Below are positions 37,216 to 46,900 of a stretch of 64,000 nt of DNA, piece by piece; position 1 is the first letter of the stretch, and the number at the start of each line of letters is the position of its first letter. The stretch spans positions 10,858 through 74,857 of the forward strand of contig JBBSQY010000009.1 in the NCBI GenBank assembly GCA_038243585.1. The letters run 5' to 3'. A program made the translations under genes and the position numbers. The notes under the pieces are model-generated. The model worked only from the letters and a program-made list of their open reading frames with translations. It had not been told where the DNA came from and did no database searches. Source of the stretch: Candidatus Sumerlaeales bacterium (GTDB lineage Bacteria > Sumerlaeota > Sumerlaeia > Sumerlaeales > Sumerlaeaceae).

Positions 37216-38508
37216 TTAGTATAATTGCCAATTGTCGGCAGACGTAAATTCGAATGCGGCCGTGGCCGTATCGGTGAAAGTCATGGGAATCGAAGCGCCA
37301 GCGTTTGCATCGCTGTACATGACGGTAATTATGCCTGCATCTGTGGTTTCTAAAATGTTATTAAAAGGCGATGCCGGGCCAGCTGACGTGCCCATGGATA
37401 TGCTGCCAGTGTACACGTTGTCGTCGTCTGGATCGGAAACCAGCACGGTTTCTGAATCGCCCCCAGTCGCGGTTACCGCTACGACAAAACCCGAAGTCGG
37501 AAGGTTGTCCTCAACAACAGATATATAAATTATCGCTTCGGCCCCGTAAGTATCGGCGTCGGTGGTAATCCCCGGAATCAAATTCGTAAATTGACTGGTG
37601 CGGCTGACTCCCTCGCGGCCTGGTGAGTCTGCAACTATGTTGCTCCGAAAGCAGGGACCGTCACTTTCGTAGTCCCTGTCACCAGTTACAAGAATACCCT
37701 CGATTTCACTGGTTGCCGTATTAAATATAGGACTACCGCTGTTGCCCCCGTATGTGTCCGTATTGACCATGAAAATGCTTGAGTTTCTATCTTGTGTGAT
37801 CCGCGTGTTTGATCCGAAAGCAATTTTTGTAGGCAGTCCGCCGGGATGGCCAATTACCCCAATGCTGGTGCTTACGGCTGGCGTTCCCTTTCGACGCAAC
37901 GATTGGACGACGGCTCCCGGAGAAGTGACGGCGCGATCCAGCCGAATCACCGCATAATCAAGATCACCCACCAGCGCACGTCCCACAATAGCCGTTCCCT
38001 GGTAAACCTGGTTGGCGTTCACTGTTGATACGGGCGTGGTAGAGTTGGTCATTTTCAATCCGAAAACGAATCGCGTGGCGGATAAGTCGGGGGTATTATA
38101 GCAGTGGCCGGCCGTGGCAATAAGATCTGGTCCAACCAGGAAGCCAGTGCAAAAAGCGGCTACGGGCTGATTGGCAAACGGTTCGTCTGCGCAAGGGGGC
38201 CTGCCGAGTTGGATGTACGAACGAAGAGTTATGTTGAAAGTGTTTCCAGCGGATGGAGTTACGTTCGTCGCATTTAAAAGACCGCACGTTGACGCCGCCT
38301 GCTGAAGGCGACCGGCGTCGCTTACCTGGTACACATCCAGACGATCATCGGTGCCGTAGATGATTTTGGGGATATTGCCCCGTTGCGGCAACACATAAGG
38401 CTGATCACCAATCTCCGTGCGCTGAGCCGCTGTTCTGGTAAAATCGTCTGCTGCGCAAGTCGCCGGCAGCGCTAACAGCGCCAAATATATAACTAAGCGA
38501 TTTTTCAT
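37216..38508 (-). CDS. Secreted trypsin-like (S1, V8/Glu-endopeptidase-like) serine protease with a C-terminal beta-rich domain
   Basis: Signal peptide: MKNRLVIYLALLALPATCA. His motif: LIATAGHCY. Ser motif: GGNSGSPIF. A C-terminal extension of about 130 aa follows. Confidence 0.85.
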   Translation of the reverse strand: MKNRLVIYLALLALPATCAADDFTRTAAQRTEIGDQPYVLPQRGNIPKIIYGTDDRLDVYQVSDAGRLQQAASTCGLLNATNVTPSAGNTFNITLRSYIQLGRPPCADEPFANQPVAAFCTGFLVGPDLIATAGHCYNTPDLSATRFVFGLKMTNSTTPVSTVNANQVYQGTAIVGRALVGDLDYAVIRLDRAVTSPGAVVQSLRRKGTPAVSTSIGVIGHPGGLPTKIAFGSNTRITQDRNSSIFMVNTDTYGGNSGSPIFNTATSEIEGILVTGDRDYESDGPCFRSNIVADSPGREGVSRTSQFTNLIPGITTDADTYGAEAIIYISVVEDNLPTSGFVVAVTATGGDSETVLVSDPDDDNVYTGSISMGTSAGPASPFNNILETTDAGIITVMYSDANAGASIPMTFTDTATAAFEFTSADNWQLY

Positions 38509-38565
38509 AAAGAATCCTTAAGATGACGCGCATGGTGAGATCTTTAAGAGACGGGCGACGGTTTG

Positions 38566-39246
38566 TTATCGCTGGTTGGCGGGCGGACCCATTTCGCGCA
38601 GGTAGATAAACATCTGAACGATGCCGCGCATGATGCCGTTGGTGTCCAGATTGATCAGGTACTGGCTGTCTGCGCTTTTCTGGCGGCCCATGATCATCGC
38701 GTCCCCAGGGTGCAGGCGGCGATCTGCAAACTCCACCAGGGTGCGGCAGGTGCGGTTTTCGATGATTTTGCCTTCGATCTGTATGGTTGTGTGGCCATTG
38801 CCGAAGCCTTTGCTATAACGCTGCTGCGGGTCACCACTATGTATTTCCGTGATTCGCGTCTCCAGGGTCAGCGCCTGCGGGCGTTTCCCGCTGAACCACG
38901 GGTCATCTGAAACAAACTTAAAAATGCCTGCTCCCTGCAACTGGCCGGTCAGCCCGGCCTGCAAGCTTGTGCTTATCTGAGTAGCGATGGCATGGTCTAT
39001 CTGCGGACAGCGATAATAGGCGGATGGATCGATGCGCGTGGGGGCGACATAGAGGGTTCGGTATTCGCGCACATCGAAGGCGGGATTAAACCAGACCTGT
39101 TCAAGCTGTACCCCGCCCACATGACCAAGGCGGTGGTAATCCTGGAGATAACCGGTCTGCTGCGCGGAGGTAACCTGAGCCGAGGTGACGCCGACGGAGG
39201 CGACAATGGCAATTGTGATTAGCGGGGTAAGAAATCGAATGTTCAT
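38566..39246 (-). CDS. Secreted hypothetical protein (DUF-type periplasmic/lipoprotein-like)
   Basis: Signal peptide: MNIRFLTPLITIAIVASVGVTSAQ. It lies 57 nt upstream of the protease gene on the same strand. I recognise no family with confidence. Confidence 0.7.
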   Translation of the reverse strand: MNIRFLTPLITIAIVASVGVTSAQVTSAQQTGYLQDYHRLGHVGGVQLEQVWFNPAFDVREYRTLYVAPTRIDPSAYYRCPQIDHAIATQISTSLQAGLTGQLQGAGIFKFVSDDPWFSGKRPQALTLETRITEIHSGDPQQRYSKGFGNGHTTIQIEGKIIENRTCRTLVEFADRRLHPGDAMIMGRQKSADSQYLINLDTNGIMRGIVQMFIYLREMGPPANQR

Positions 39247-39515
39247 GGCCTCGAATGGGAATGCAGGCGTTGGGGGAAAACAAGGATAAAGTGGCGCTCG
39301 TGTGCGATTTCCCGTGCTGTTAAAGAATGGTCGGCCGCCGGATTATGGCAATCAGCTTGAGCCGCTGAATCCCAGTTTGGCCTGCGGCGCGGTAAGTTTT
39401 TAAAATTAAAGTTTGACACATTCTTCCCAGATTCAGCTTCTGGCTCAGAATTATTGACCGGCCGTTTCGGCTCTTTGAAGTTCATAATGCCGAGCCTTTA
39501 GGAGAATCCCCAACG

Positions 39516-40214
39516 TTGTTGAACACAAAGATTTTGTCGCGAGCAGTCGTGGCACCAGTAGTAGTAATTTCCGCGCTAGCCTTGAGCGCCCGAGCTCGGG
39601 CCGCCGCCATCGTCCTTGACGATTTTACCAATGGCGTAAATTTCACGCGTTATAACACTGACCCCGATCCAATGCCGAACAATAGCTGGATTTGCGTAGA
39701 TACCGATTTTAACACGATAGCAGAAGATGCGATGCTGGATGGCAGCAATGCGCTGAAAATGTCCGATTCACCGGGAGGCTCAAATGGCTTGTATGCCATT
39801 TTCCCGAGCGTTGTTCCAGAGACCGGAAATTACTTTGTCCGGTGCAAGGTCAAATTTCACGAAATTGGTACCGATGCGCCATTTAACTCGTTTATGATCG
39901 CATGCACCGTCAATGGCCCTCACAGAGTGGGGTCCAATACCATATCAACTACCCAAAGAGACTTGTCTAAAGTTGTACCAGCCGGCGTGTTGACTTCAGA
40001 AAACGATTCTGCAAAGCCGTCGCTGTATCTAGAATCAACTCTTGTTGAAGCTACCCAAGGAGCAGATATTCGTGTGATGCTGAGCACCGCTTCCAATTAC
40101 ACAGGTTCTTCTGGTTCTAACTGGCAGCAAAGCTATATCCTTGTGGATGAAGTTGTCCTGTTTAAAGAGGGCGACACTGTTCCTGTTTCGCTTTCGGGGT
40201 GGACATTGGAGTAG
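39516..40214 (+). CDS. Secreted hypothetical protein, beta-sandwich/CBM-like by composition
   Basis: AGGAGAA lies upstream of a TTG start, and the N-terminus is a signal peptide (LNTKILSRAVVAPVVVISALALSARA). I recognise no motifs. Confidence 0.6.
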   Translation: MLNTKILSRAVVAPVVVISALALSARARAAAIVLDDFTNGVNFTRYNTDPDPMPNNSWICVDTDFNTIAEDAMLDGSNALKMSDSPGGSNGLYAIFPSVVPETGNYFVRCKVKFHEIGTDAPFNSFMIACTVNGPHRVGSNTISTTQRDLSKVVPAGVLTSENDSAKPSLYLESTLVEATQGADIRVMLSTASNYTGSSGSNWQQSYILVDEVVLFKEGDTVPVSLSGWTLE

Positions 40215-40308
40215 CGGCGCCCGGATATCCAACAAAATCCCAATAGAAACCATGCACTGGCCGACAGTAAGTAAATACGCAGCTTTTCAATTGTAGGGGA
40301 GAGAAACT

Positions 40309-41304
40309 ATGCTAAATAACCCAGACTCCCTCTCCCAATGCGTCGTTAACTTTGTTCGTAAAGATTTCGTGGTGGTCCATCCGGAGTGGACGGTTACCCA
40401 GTGCCTCGAAAGCCTTCGCGGCGATCAGGAAACCGGGGGAATCTTTTATATCTATGTATGCGACCAGGACGGCGAACTGCTTGGTGTGATCCCTATTCGT
40501 CGAATGCTGGCGGTAGATCCGAGCACTCGCGCGGAAGATATTATGATCAAGCGGCTGGTAACGCTGTCGGACACTGCTACGGTTTTTGACGCGTGCGAGC
40601 TTTTTATTTTCCATAAATTCCTGGCTATTCCCGTGGTGGACGCCGAACGGCGACTGGTTGGGATTGTTGACGTTAACGTTTTTACAGAAGAAATGATGGA
40701 CATGTCTGGACATCAAAAGGCCGACGACGTTTTTCAATGGATAGGCGTTCGGATGGAAGTGCTCAGCAATGCGTCGCCGCTCCAGGCGTTTCGATACCGG
40801 TTCCCCTGGCTTTTGGCTACAATGAGCAGTGGAGTCGCGTGCGCTGTGCTGGCCGGCTTTTATGAACAGACTCTGGCCGATGCTGCCATTCTCGCGATGT
40901 TTCTGACTGTCGCACTGGGCTTGGGCGAGAGCGTTAGCATACAGTCTATGACCATGACCATGCAGGCACTCTCAGGACAAACGTCTCTTAAGGAATTTGT
41001 TAAGAACCGCCTGATGAAAGAAGTTCAGACTGCTGCGCTGCTGGCGGTTGCTTGCGGCGCGATCATTGGCGGCGTTTCAATCTTTTGGCCTGGCGCGATG
41101 GCGCTCTCTATATCCATCGGTGTCAGTATCGCTATAACCATCGTTTTTGCCGGGCTTACGGGCCTCGCGGTTCCTACGGTTTTGCACAAGCTTGAGCACG
41201 ACCCAAAAGCAGCTGCTGGCCCCATTACGTTGGCGATAGCAGACTTGGCGACTGTTTTTCTATACCTCACGGCAGCGACCATCGCGCTGAAGCTCGCTTC
41301 TTAA
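40309..41304 (+). CDS. MgtE-like divalent cation transporter (CBS pair + MgtE membrane domain, lacking the MgtE_N domain)
   Basis: The CBS region reads LGVIPIRRML...FLAIPVVDAERRLVGIVDV. The membrane domain reads RFPWLLATMSSGVACAVLAGFYE...LGLGESVSIQS...GPITLAIADLATVFLY. Confidence 0.8.
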   Translation: MLNNPDSLSQCVVNFVRKDFVVVHPEWTVTQCLESLRGDQETGGIFYIYVCDQDGELLGVIPIRRMLAVDPSTRAEDIMIKRLVTLSDTATVFDACELFIFHKFLAIPVVDAERRLVGIVDVNVFTEEMMDMSGHQKADDVFQWIGVRMEVLSNASPLQAFRYRFPWLLATMSSGVACAVLAGFYEQTLADAAILAMFLTVALGLGESVSIQSMTMTMQALSGQTSLKEFVKNRLMKEVQTAALLAVACGAIIGGVSIFWPGAMALSISIGVSIAITIVFAGLTGLAVPTVLHKLEHDPKAAAGPITLAIADLATVFLYLTAATIALKLAS

Positions 41305-41462
41305 GCATTTTTGGTATAGGACTGAATCAATGAGCCAGCATTGATTTCTATGGTAAGGGTGATTTTCGATGCACAGTAATTCAGCTAATTAGGCGTCAGA
41401 ACGATTTGATTTGATTTGACACCGCCCTGTGATTTTTGCGTTTTAGTGTTTTCTAAATCTGA

Positions 41463-42713
41463 ATGTCTGTTATTTCTATGCCGGAACTTATTGTAAAACT
41501 TGAAGATATAATCCTCCAGACCTGTCGGTTTGATGGAGATCTTATTCGTATCGGGCGGTCTCGTGAAAACGAGGTCGTGCTCGAAAATTTGAGTGTATCG
41601 CGCCACCACGGGCAGATCCGCTTCCATGACGGTCGCTTTACCCTGACCGACCTCAACAGCGCTAATGGAATCCGGGTGAACGGGGTTCGTGTTGCGAAGA
41701 TTGAGATAGTTGACGATGACGTCATTACTATCGGGAAACACAAAATCATTTTCCGGGGTGATCCAGCCGAAAGCCCCACGATCATAGATGATCCCGCCGC
41801 AACCAGACCCCCTTATAAGAGAAAAGTTGCCCCCGCGGAAGCGAAATCCGAGGCGTGGGTTACCGTGGATTCAGGTCGCTTAAAGGGCCGGGAATTCCGG
41901 ATTTCGAAATTTGAAACAAGCTTTGGCAAAGCGCCGTCTAACGATGTGGTGCTGACGGACGACTGGCTCCTTGGTAAGAAGCAGGCCATCATTCTCCGCA
42001 AAGGGAACGACGAATTCGAAATTCAGGATTTGGGCGGTTTGCGGAAGGTGAAAATTAACGGGGACGCTATTTCCGGACGCGCTATCCTTCAGCCTGGCGA
42101 TGTGCTGGATATGGGAGGCACCAGGCTTCTGTTTAATATGGATGGCTCAGTGCCGAAACTTTCGCCAACGCCAGTGAATGGTAATCCTACTCCGTCTGAG
42201 GATTCGTCAGAGGAAATTGAAGTAGCGCCAATGTTGGCTCAAGCCGCCCCGTTTGAACAGTGGGCGGAGAATGAAAGCCTGGACATTGAAGATTTTAGCG
42301 GCACCATGAGCTTGGGAGTCCCCCCGGAAACCCCTGCAGGTGAGCAACCATCGGCCGGCGAAAAAGTAGACGCGGCTGTCTCTGCTTCTGCTCGCAACGA
42401 AGCGTCGGCGGCATCCAGCGGCGCGCAAAAGGAAGCTCCGGAAGGTCGGCAACGAAAGGGCGGGCGCGGCAAGCGTCATCAGCGAGCCGCACAGAAGGCG
42501 GCTGTTTCTCAGGCGGCATCCGCTTCGTATCAAGAACCAGCCAGCCCCTCCGAGCCAGAGGCTGCAAACATATCGGAACCTGCCGCATTACCTGCCACAG
42601 ATGACAAGGAAGTAAAAATTTGGGAAGCGGCTCTGAAAAGTGGCAGCCCGGCCATACGCCGCCAAGCGGCTCGCACTCTGAAAAAGTTAACCGGGAGAGA
42701 TTATGAAGCCTGA
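41463..42713 (+). CDS. Dual-FHA-domain protein with a disordered Ala/Ser/Pro/Glu-rich C-terminal half
   Basis: FHA 1: IRIGRSRENEVVLENLSVSRHHGQIRFHDGRFTLTDLNSANGIRVNG. FHA 2: TSFGKAPSNDVVL...IILRKGNDEFEIQDLGGLRKVKINGD. Confidence 0.85.
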   Translation: MSVISMPELIVKLEDIILQTCRFDGDLIRIGRSRENEVVLENLSVSRHHGQIRFHDGRFTLTDLNSANGIRVNGVRVAKIEIVDDDVITIGKHKIIFRGDPAESPTIIDDPAATRPPYKRKVAPAEAKSEAWVTVDSGRLKGREFRISKFETSFGKAPSNDVVLTDDWLLGKKQAIILRKGNDEFEIQDLGGLRKVKINGDAISGRAILQPGDVLDMGGTRLLFNMDGSVPKLSPTPVNGNPTPSEDSSEEIEVAPMLAQAAPFEQWAENESLDIEDFSGTMSLGVPPETPAGEQPSAGEKVDAAVSASARNEASAASSGAQKEAPEGRQRKGGRGKRHQRAAQKAAVSQAASASYQEPASPSEPEAANISEPAALPATDDKEVKIWEAALKSGSPAIRRQAARTLKKLTGRDYEA

Positions 42714-43452
42714 TGTTGTCGGGCCGAAACGGGTCGCAATTTTTTCAGATATCCACGGGAACCTTCAAGCGCTGCAAAGCGTATTAGCAGAACTGAAGAC
42801 GGAGAATGTTGATTTTATCCTCTGCTGCGGAGATGTGGTTGGCTATGGGGCCAACCCTAACGAATGCGTCGAATTGCTTCGCGAAAATAAAATACCTACC
42901 ATAGCTGGCAATCATGATTTCGCCGCGCTTAACCTTGTAGATATTACCTATTTCAACGATATCGCCCGGGAAGCAATTCTATGGACACGCAAGGAACTGA
43001 AGCCTGAAAACCTTGCGTTTTTGAAAGAATTGCCGTTGTCTGTGGAGATGGACGATATGCTCTTTGTCCACGCCTCGCCTAACAGTCCTGAGAGTTGGAA
43101 TTACATTATTACAATGGGGCAGGCGCGTACGGGTTTCCAGTATTTTACCGAGAAAATCTGCTTTATCGGTCATTCACACACGCCCTTTATAGTCGAAAAT
43201 AACGACGGAGACCTTGGGTGTCCGGATGTGCCGCACATTCATTGTAAGGACAATTGTCGCTATCTTGTAAACGTGGGCAGCGTGGGACAGCCTCGCGACA
43301 GAAACCCTGATGCCTGCTATGCCATCTATGATCGGGAGTCCCGTACCATAGAAATTCGGCGAACTACCTATGACCTGGCTACCGCCCAGGCGTCTATTGT
43401 ATCGCAAGGGTTGCCGGTCGAGTTAGCTGAAAGATTGACTTACGGACTGTAA
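42703..43452 (+). CDS. Metallophosphoesterase (COG0639 ApaH/PPP-like, Metallophos_2 type)
   Basis: Motifs: VAIFSDIHGNLQAL, CCGDVVGYGANPNE, AGNHD, GHSH. It overlaps the FHA gene by 11 nt. Confidence 0.88.
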   Translation: MKPDVVGPKRVAIFSDIHGNLQALQSVLAELKTENVDFILCCGDVVGYGANPNECVELLRENKIPTIAGNHDFAALNLVDITYFNDIAREAILWTRKELKPENLAFLKELPLSVEMDDMLFVHASPNSPESWNYIITMGQARTGFQYFTEKICFIGHSHTPFIVENNDGDLGCPDVPHIHCKDNCRYLVNVGSVGQPRDRNPDACYAIYDRESRTIEIRRTTYDLATAQASIVSQGLPVELAERLTYGL

Positions 43453-43907
43453 TTTAAAGAATTTATAAAATGCATCAGGGCCACGTGAATTAAACTACCT
43501 ATAGACGTCCCACCCTGGTAGATTACACCGTCTCGCCTATGAAAGCATTATATTCGACAAGGTCTTCGGAGTTCCGGACCGGACTCCGGCTACCGCTCGG
43601 ACGTAACCTTTAAACGTAAGCATCGGAACGTGGGCTACTTCAAGCTCGGTCTCTGCGAACCAAATTTTTACTTCTTCATAATTATGAGCCGACCCTTTCT
43701 GAATCGAGCTCAGCGGGTAATGTGATTATTTCCTAAATTAGGCTGTGTCACAATTTCCCCATGAATGTTGTCTTTAACGATGAATTCGTTGGGGGAAGCT
43801 GTGCTTGCTTGTCACGTGTAATTACGGGATGCGGAGCATTTGAAATCCTCCCGCCTTGGGCTGTAGGCCCTGGCCGGAACAGATGTTAGAAGAAGGGAAG
43901 TATTGTC

Positions 43908-46900
43908 ATGAAGAAAAAGAATGGTCTGCCCGAGGCAACAGGACTCTACGATCCAAACCATGAGCATGATGCCTGTGGCGTCGGATTCGTTGTGGATATT
44001 AAAGGCAGAAAATCTCATGACATTATAAGACAAGCTCTTCAGGTGTTGGATAATCTTACCCACCGCGGGGCCTGTGGCTGCGACCCGGATACTGGCGACG
44101 GAGCGGGAATCCTTTTTCAGCTTCCCCATGAGTTTTTTAAGCTGGAGTGCGCAAAGCTGGGCATTGACCTGTGCGAGGCTGGACATTACGGGGTAGGCAT
44201 GATGTTCCTTCCTGTGGAGGATGACATCCGCAGGCAGTGCGAAGCGACCCTCGAAAAGGTAATTAAAGCGGAAGGACAAACCCTGCTTGGCTGGCGGGAT
44301 GTGCCTGTCAATCCGGCTGCGGTCGGACCTGTGGCCCGTGAGGCCATGCCGGTCATCCGCCAGGTATTTGTTGGTCGCGGCAAAGAAACGCAGACTGACG
44401 ATGAATTTGAGCGTAAGCTTTACTTGATCCGGAAAGTCGCTAATTACCAGATACGCACGAGTGATCCGGATAGTACTGAGCTGTATTACGCATGCAGCTT
44501 CTCCAGTCGGACGATCATTTATAAAGGGATGCTGATTTCATATCAGATGGACCATTTCTTTCCCGACCTGAAAGATCCAGCGGTCGCAAGCGCTCTTGGA
44601 TTGGTGCATAGCCGCTTTTCCACCAATACCTTTCCGAGCTGGGAACTGGCACATCCTTATCGCATGATAGCCCATAACGGCGAGATTAATACGGTGCGCG
44701 GTAACCGCAACTGGATGACGTCTCGCTTTCCATCGTTGAAGAGTCCAAGGTTTCCGAACCCAGAGGAACTGCGACCCATCGTGACAGAGACCGGCAGCGA
44801 TTCTGCAACGCTGGACAATGCGCTGGAGTTTTTTGTGATGGGCGGGCGCGACTTGACCCACGCGGTAACCATGCTGGTGCCAGAGGCGTGGACGGGCGAT
44901 CCCGCCATGGATCCGGCTAAGCGGGCCTATTATGAGTACCACGCCTGTCTAATGGAACCTTGGGATGGCCCAGCCGCTATCTGCTTTACTGATGGCGTTC
45001 AGATTGGCGCGACGCTGGATCGCAATGGTTTGCGTCCGGGCCGCTATTGGGTCATGAAAGACGGGCGACTGATTTTTGCCAGTGAAACCGGAGTGCTTGA
45101 TGAGCCGGCTGACCAGGTTCTCTATAAGGGGAAAATGCAGCCGGGGAAAATGTTGCTGGTAGACACGGTGGAAGGTCGCCTCATCGGCGATGAAGAGATT
45201 AAAGCGGGTCTGGCTGGAAAGGCCAATTATACTGCCTGGATTCGCGACAACGTCATTGAACTGGATGATATTCCCGATCCGGCACCGGAGAAAATTCCGC
45301 ATCCCAAAGGGGAATCGCTACTCCACCTGCAGCAGGCATTTGGCTACACCCTGGAAGATCTGCGCATCCTGCTTGCCCCTATGGGCGCGACCGGCATGGA
45401 AGCTCTCGGATCCATGGGTACGGACACGCCATTGGCCGTCCTGTCTGAGCGCCCGCAGCTGCTATATAGCTATTTTAAGCAACTTTTTGCCCAGGTTACT
45501 AATCCGCCTATCGATTCCATTCGCGAAGAGATGGTGATGAGCACGTGGAACTACCTGGGAAAGATGCATAACATCCTGGAGGAAACTCCCCAGCATTGCC
45601 ACCTGGTGCGAGTAAAACACGTAGTGCTTACGAACGAGCAGCTTGAGAAAATCCGTTCGGTGGACGTTGGCGATTTTCAGTCAGTGACACTACCTATGGT
45701 TTTTGACCCGGCCGCCGGGGAAGCTGGACTGGCCATGGCGCTGGAAAGCCTGTTCGCAAAAGCCGAAGAGGCGTGCCGCAAAGGCGTTAACATTATTATT
45801 TTGTCCGATCGCGACGTTGACGCCGAACACGCTCCCATCCCGGCGCTTCTGGCGACGGCGGGCCTGCATCACCACCTGATTCGCGCGGGCGTGCGTGGCG
45901 ACGCGGGCATTGTTGTTGAAACAGGTGAGGCTCGCGAGATGATGCATTTCGCGTTGCTGATCGGATATGGCGCAGGGGCAATTAATCCTTACCTGGCGTT
46001 TGACACTCTTGACGAAATGCTGGCAACCGGGCAGATCCCTGAGGAGTTGAACCCGGCGGACCTGAACCATGAAAAGCTGGTGAAGAATTATGTCAAATCC
46101 GTCGATAAAGCGATACTGAAAATTATCGCTAAGATGGGAATCAGCACAGTTCAGAGTTATCAGGCGGCCCAGATATTTGAGGCCATAGGTCTAAACCAGG
46201 AAGTGATCGACAAATATTTCACATGGACGGCCTCGCGGATTCAGGGCGTTGGCCTGGAGACGATTGCCCGGGAAGTTCTGATGCGTCATCACCACGCTTA
46301 TCCGGAAGATCGTACGAATCAGGTGGATATGCTGGACTGGGGCGGTCAATACCACTGGCGGCGCAACGGCGAACACCATCTGTTCAATCCGGACACGGTA
46401 TTTAAGCTGCAACACAGCACGCGAACAGGCGATTATAACGTGTACCGGGACTATGCACGCTCTATTAACGAGCAGACGAAACACCTGTGTACGCTGCGCG
46501 GACTGTTTAAGTTTAAAAAATGCAACCCGGTCCCCATTGAGGAAGTGGAGTCGATTGGTGAAATCGTAAAGCGTTTCGCCACCGGCGCCATGAGCCTTGG
46601 TTCCATCAGCACGGAGGCCCATGAAAATCTAGCCATTGCCATGAACCGCATCGGCGGCAAGAGCAATACTGGGGAGGGCGGCGAAGATCCCCGGCGTTTT
46701 GAGAAAGACGCCAATGGGGACTGGCGCAGGTCGGCCATTAAGCAGGTCGCCAGCGGGCGTTTTGGTGTGACGATTCATTATCTGAACAACGCAGATGAAC
46801 TCCAGATTAAGATGGCCCAGGGCGCGAAACCCGGCGAGGGTGGTCAGCTTCCTGGTTATAAGGTGGACAAGTATATCGGGTGGCTGCGCCACGCAACCCC

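Noticed and set aside
39243-39485. An 80-aa minus-strand ORF whose TGA overlaps, as ATGA, the start of the 226-aa secreted protein gene. This looks like translational coupling.
   Set aside because: Its codons are AT-rich at the third position (AAT, TTT, AAA, TCT), unlike every confident gene here. The product is non-globular. The ORF fills what should be the divergent promoter spacer shared with the gene at 39516.
43792-43807. A sigma-54-like -24/-12 element (TGGGGGAAGCTGTGCT) about 100 nt upstream of gltB.
   Set aside because: Only the GG and GC dinucleotides and their spacing match; the flanking consensus positions mostly do not. A whole-genome PWM scan and TSS mapping would be needed before calling it.
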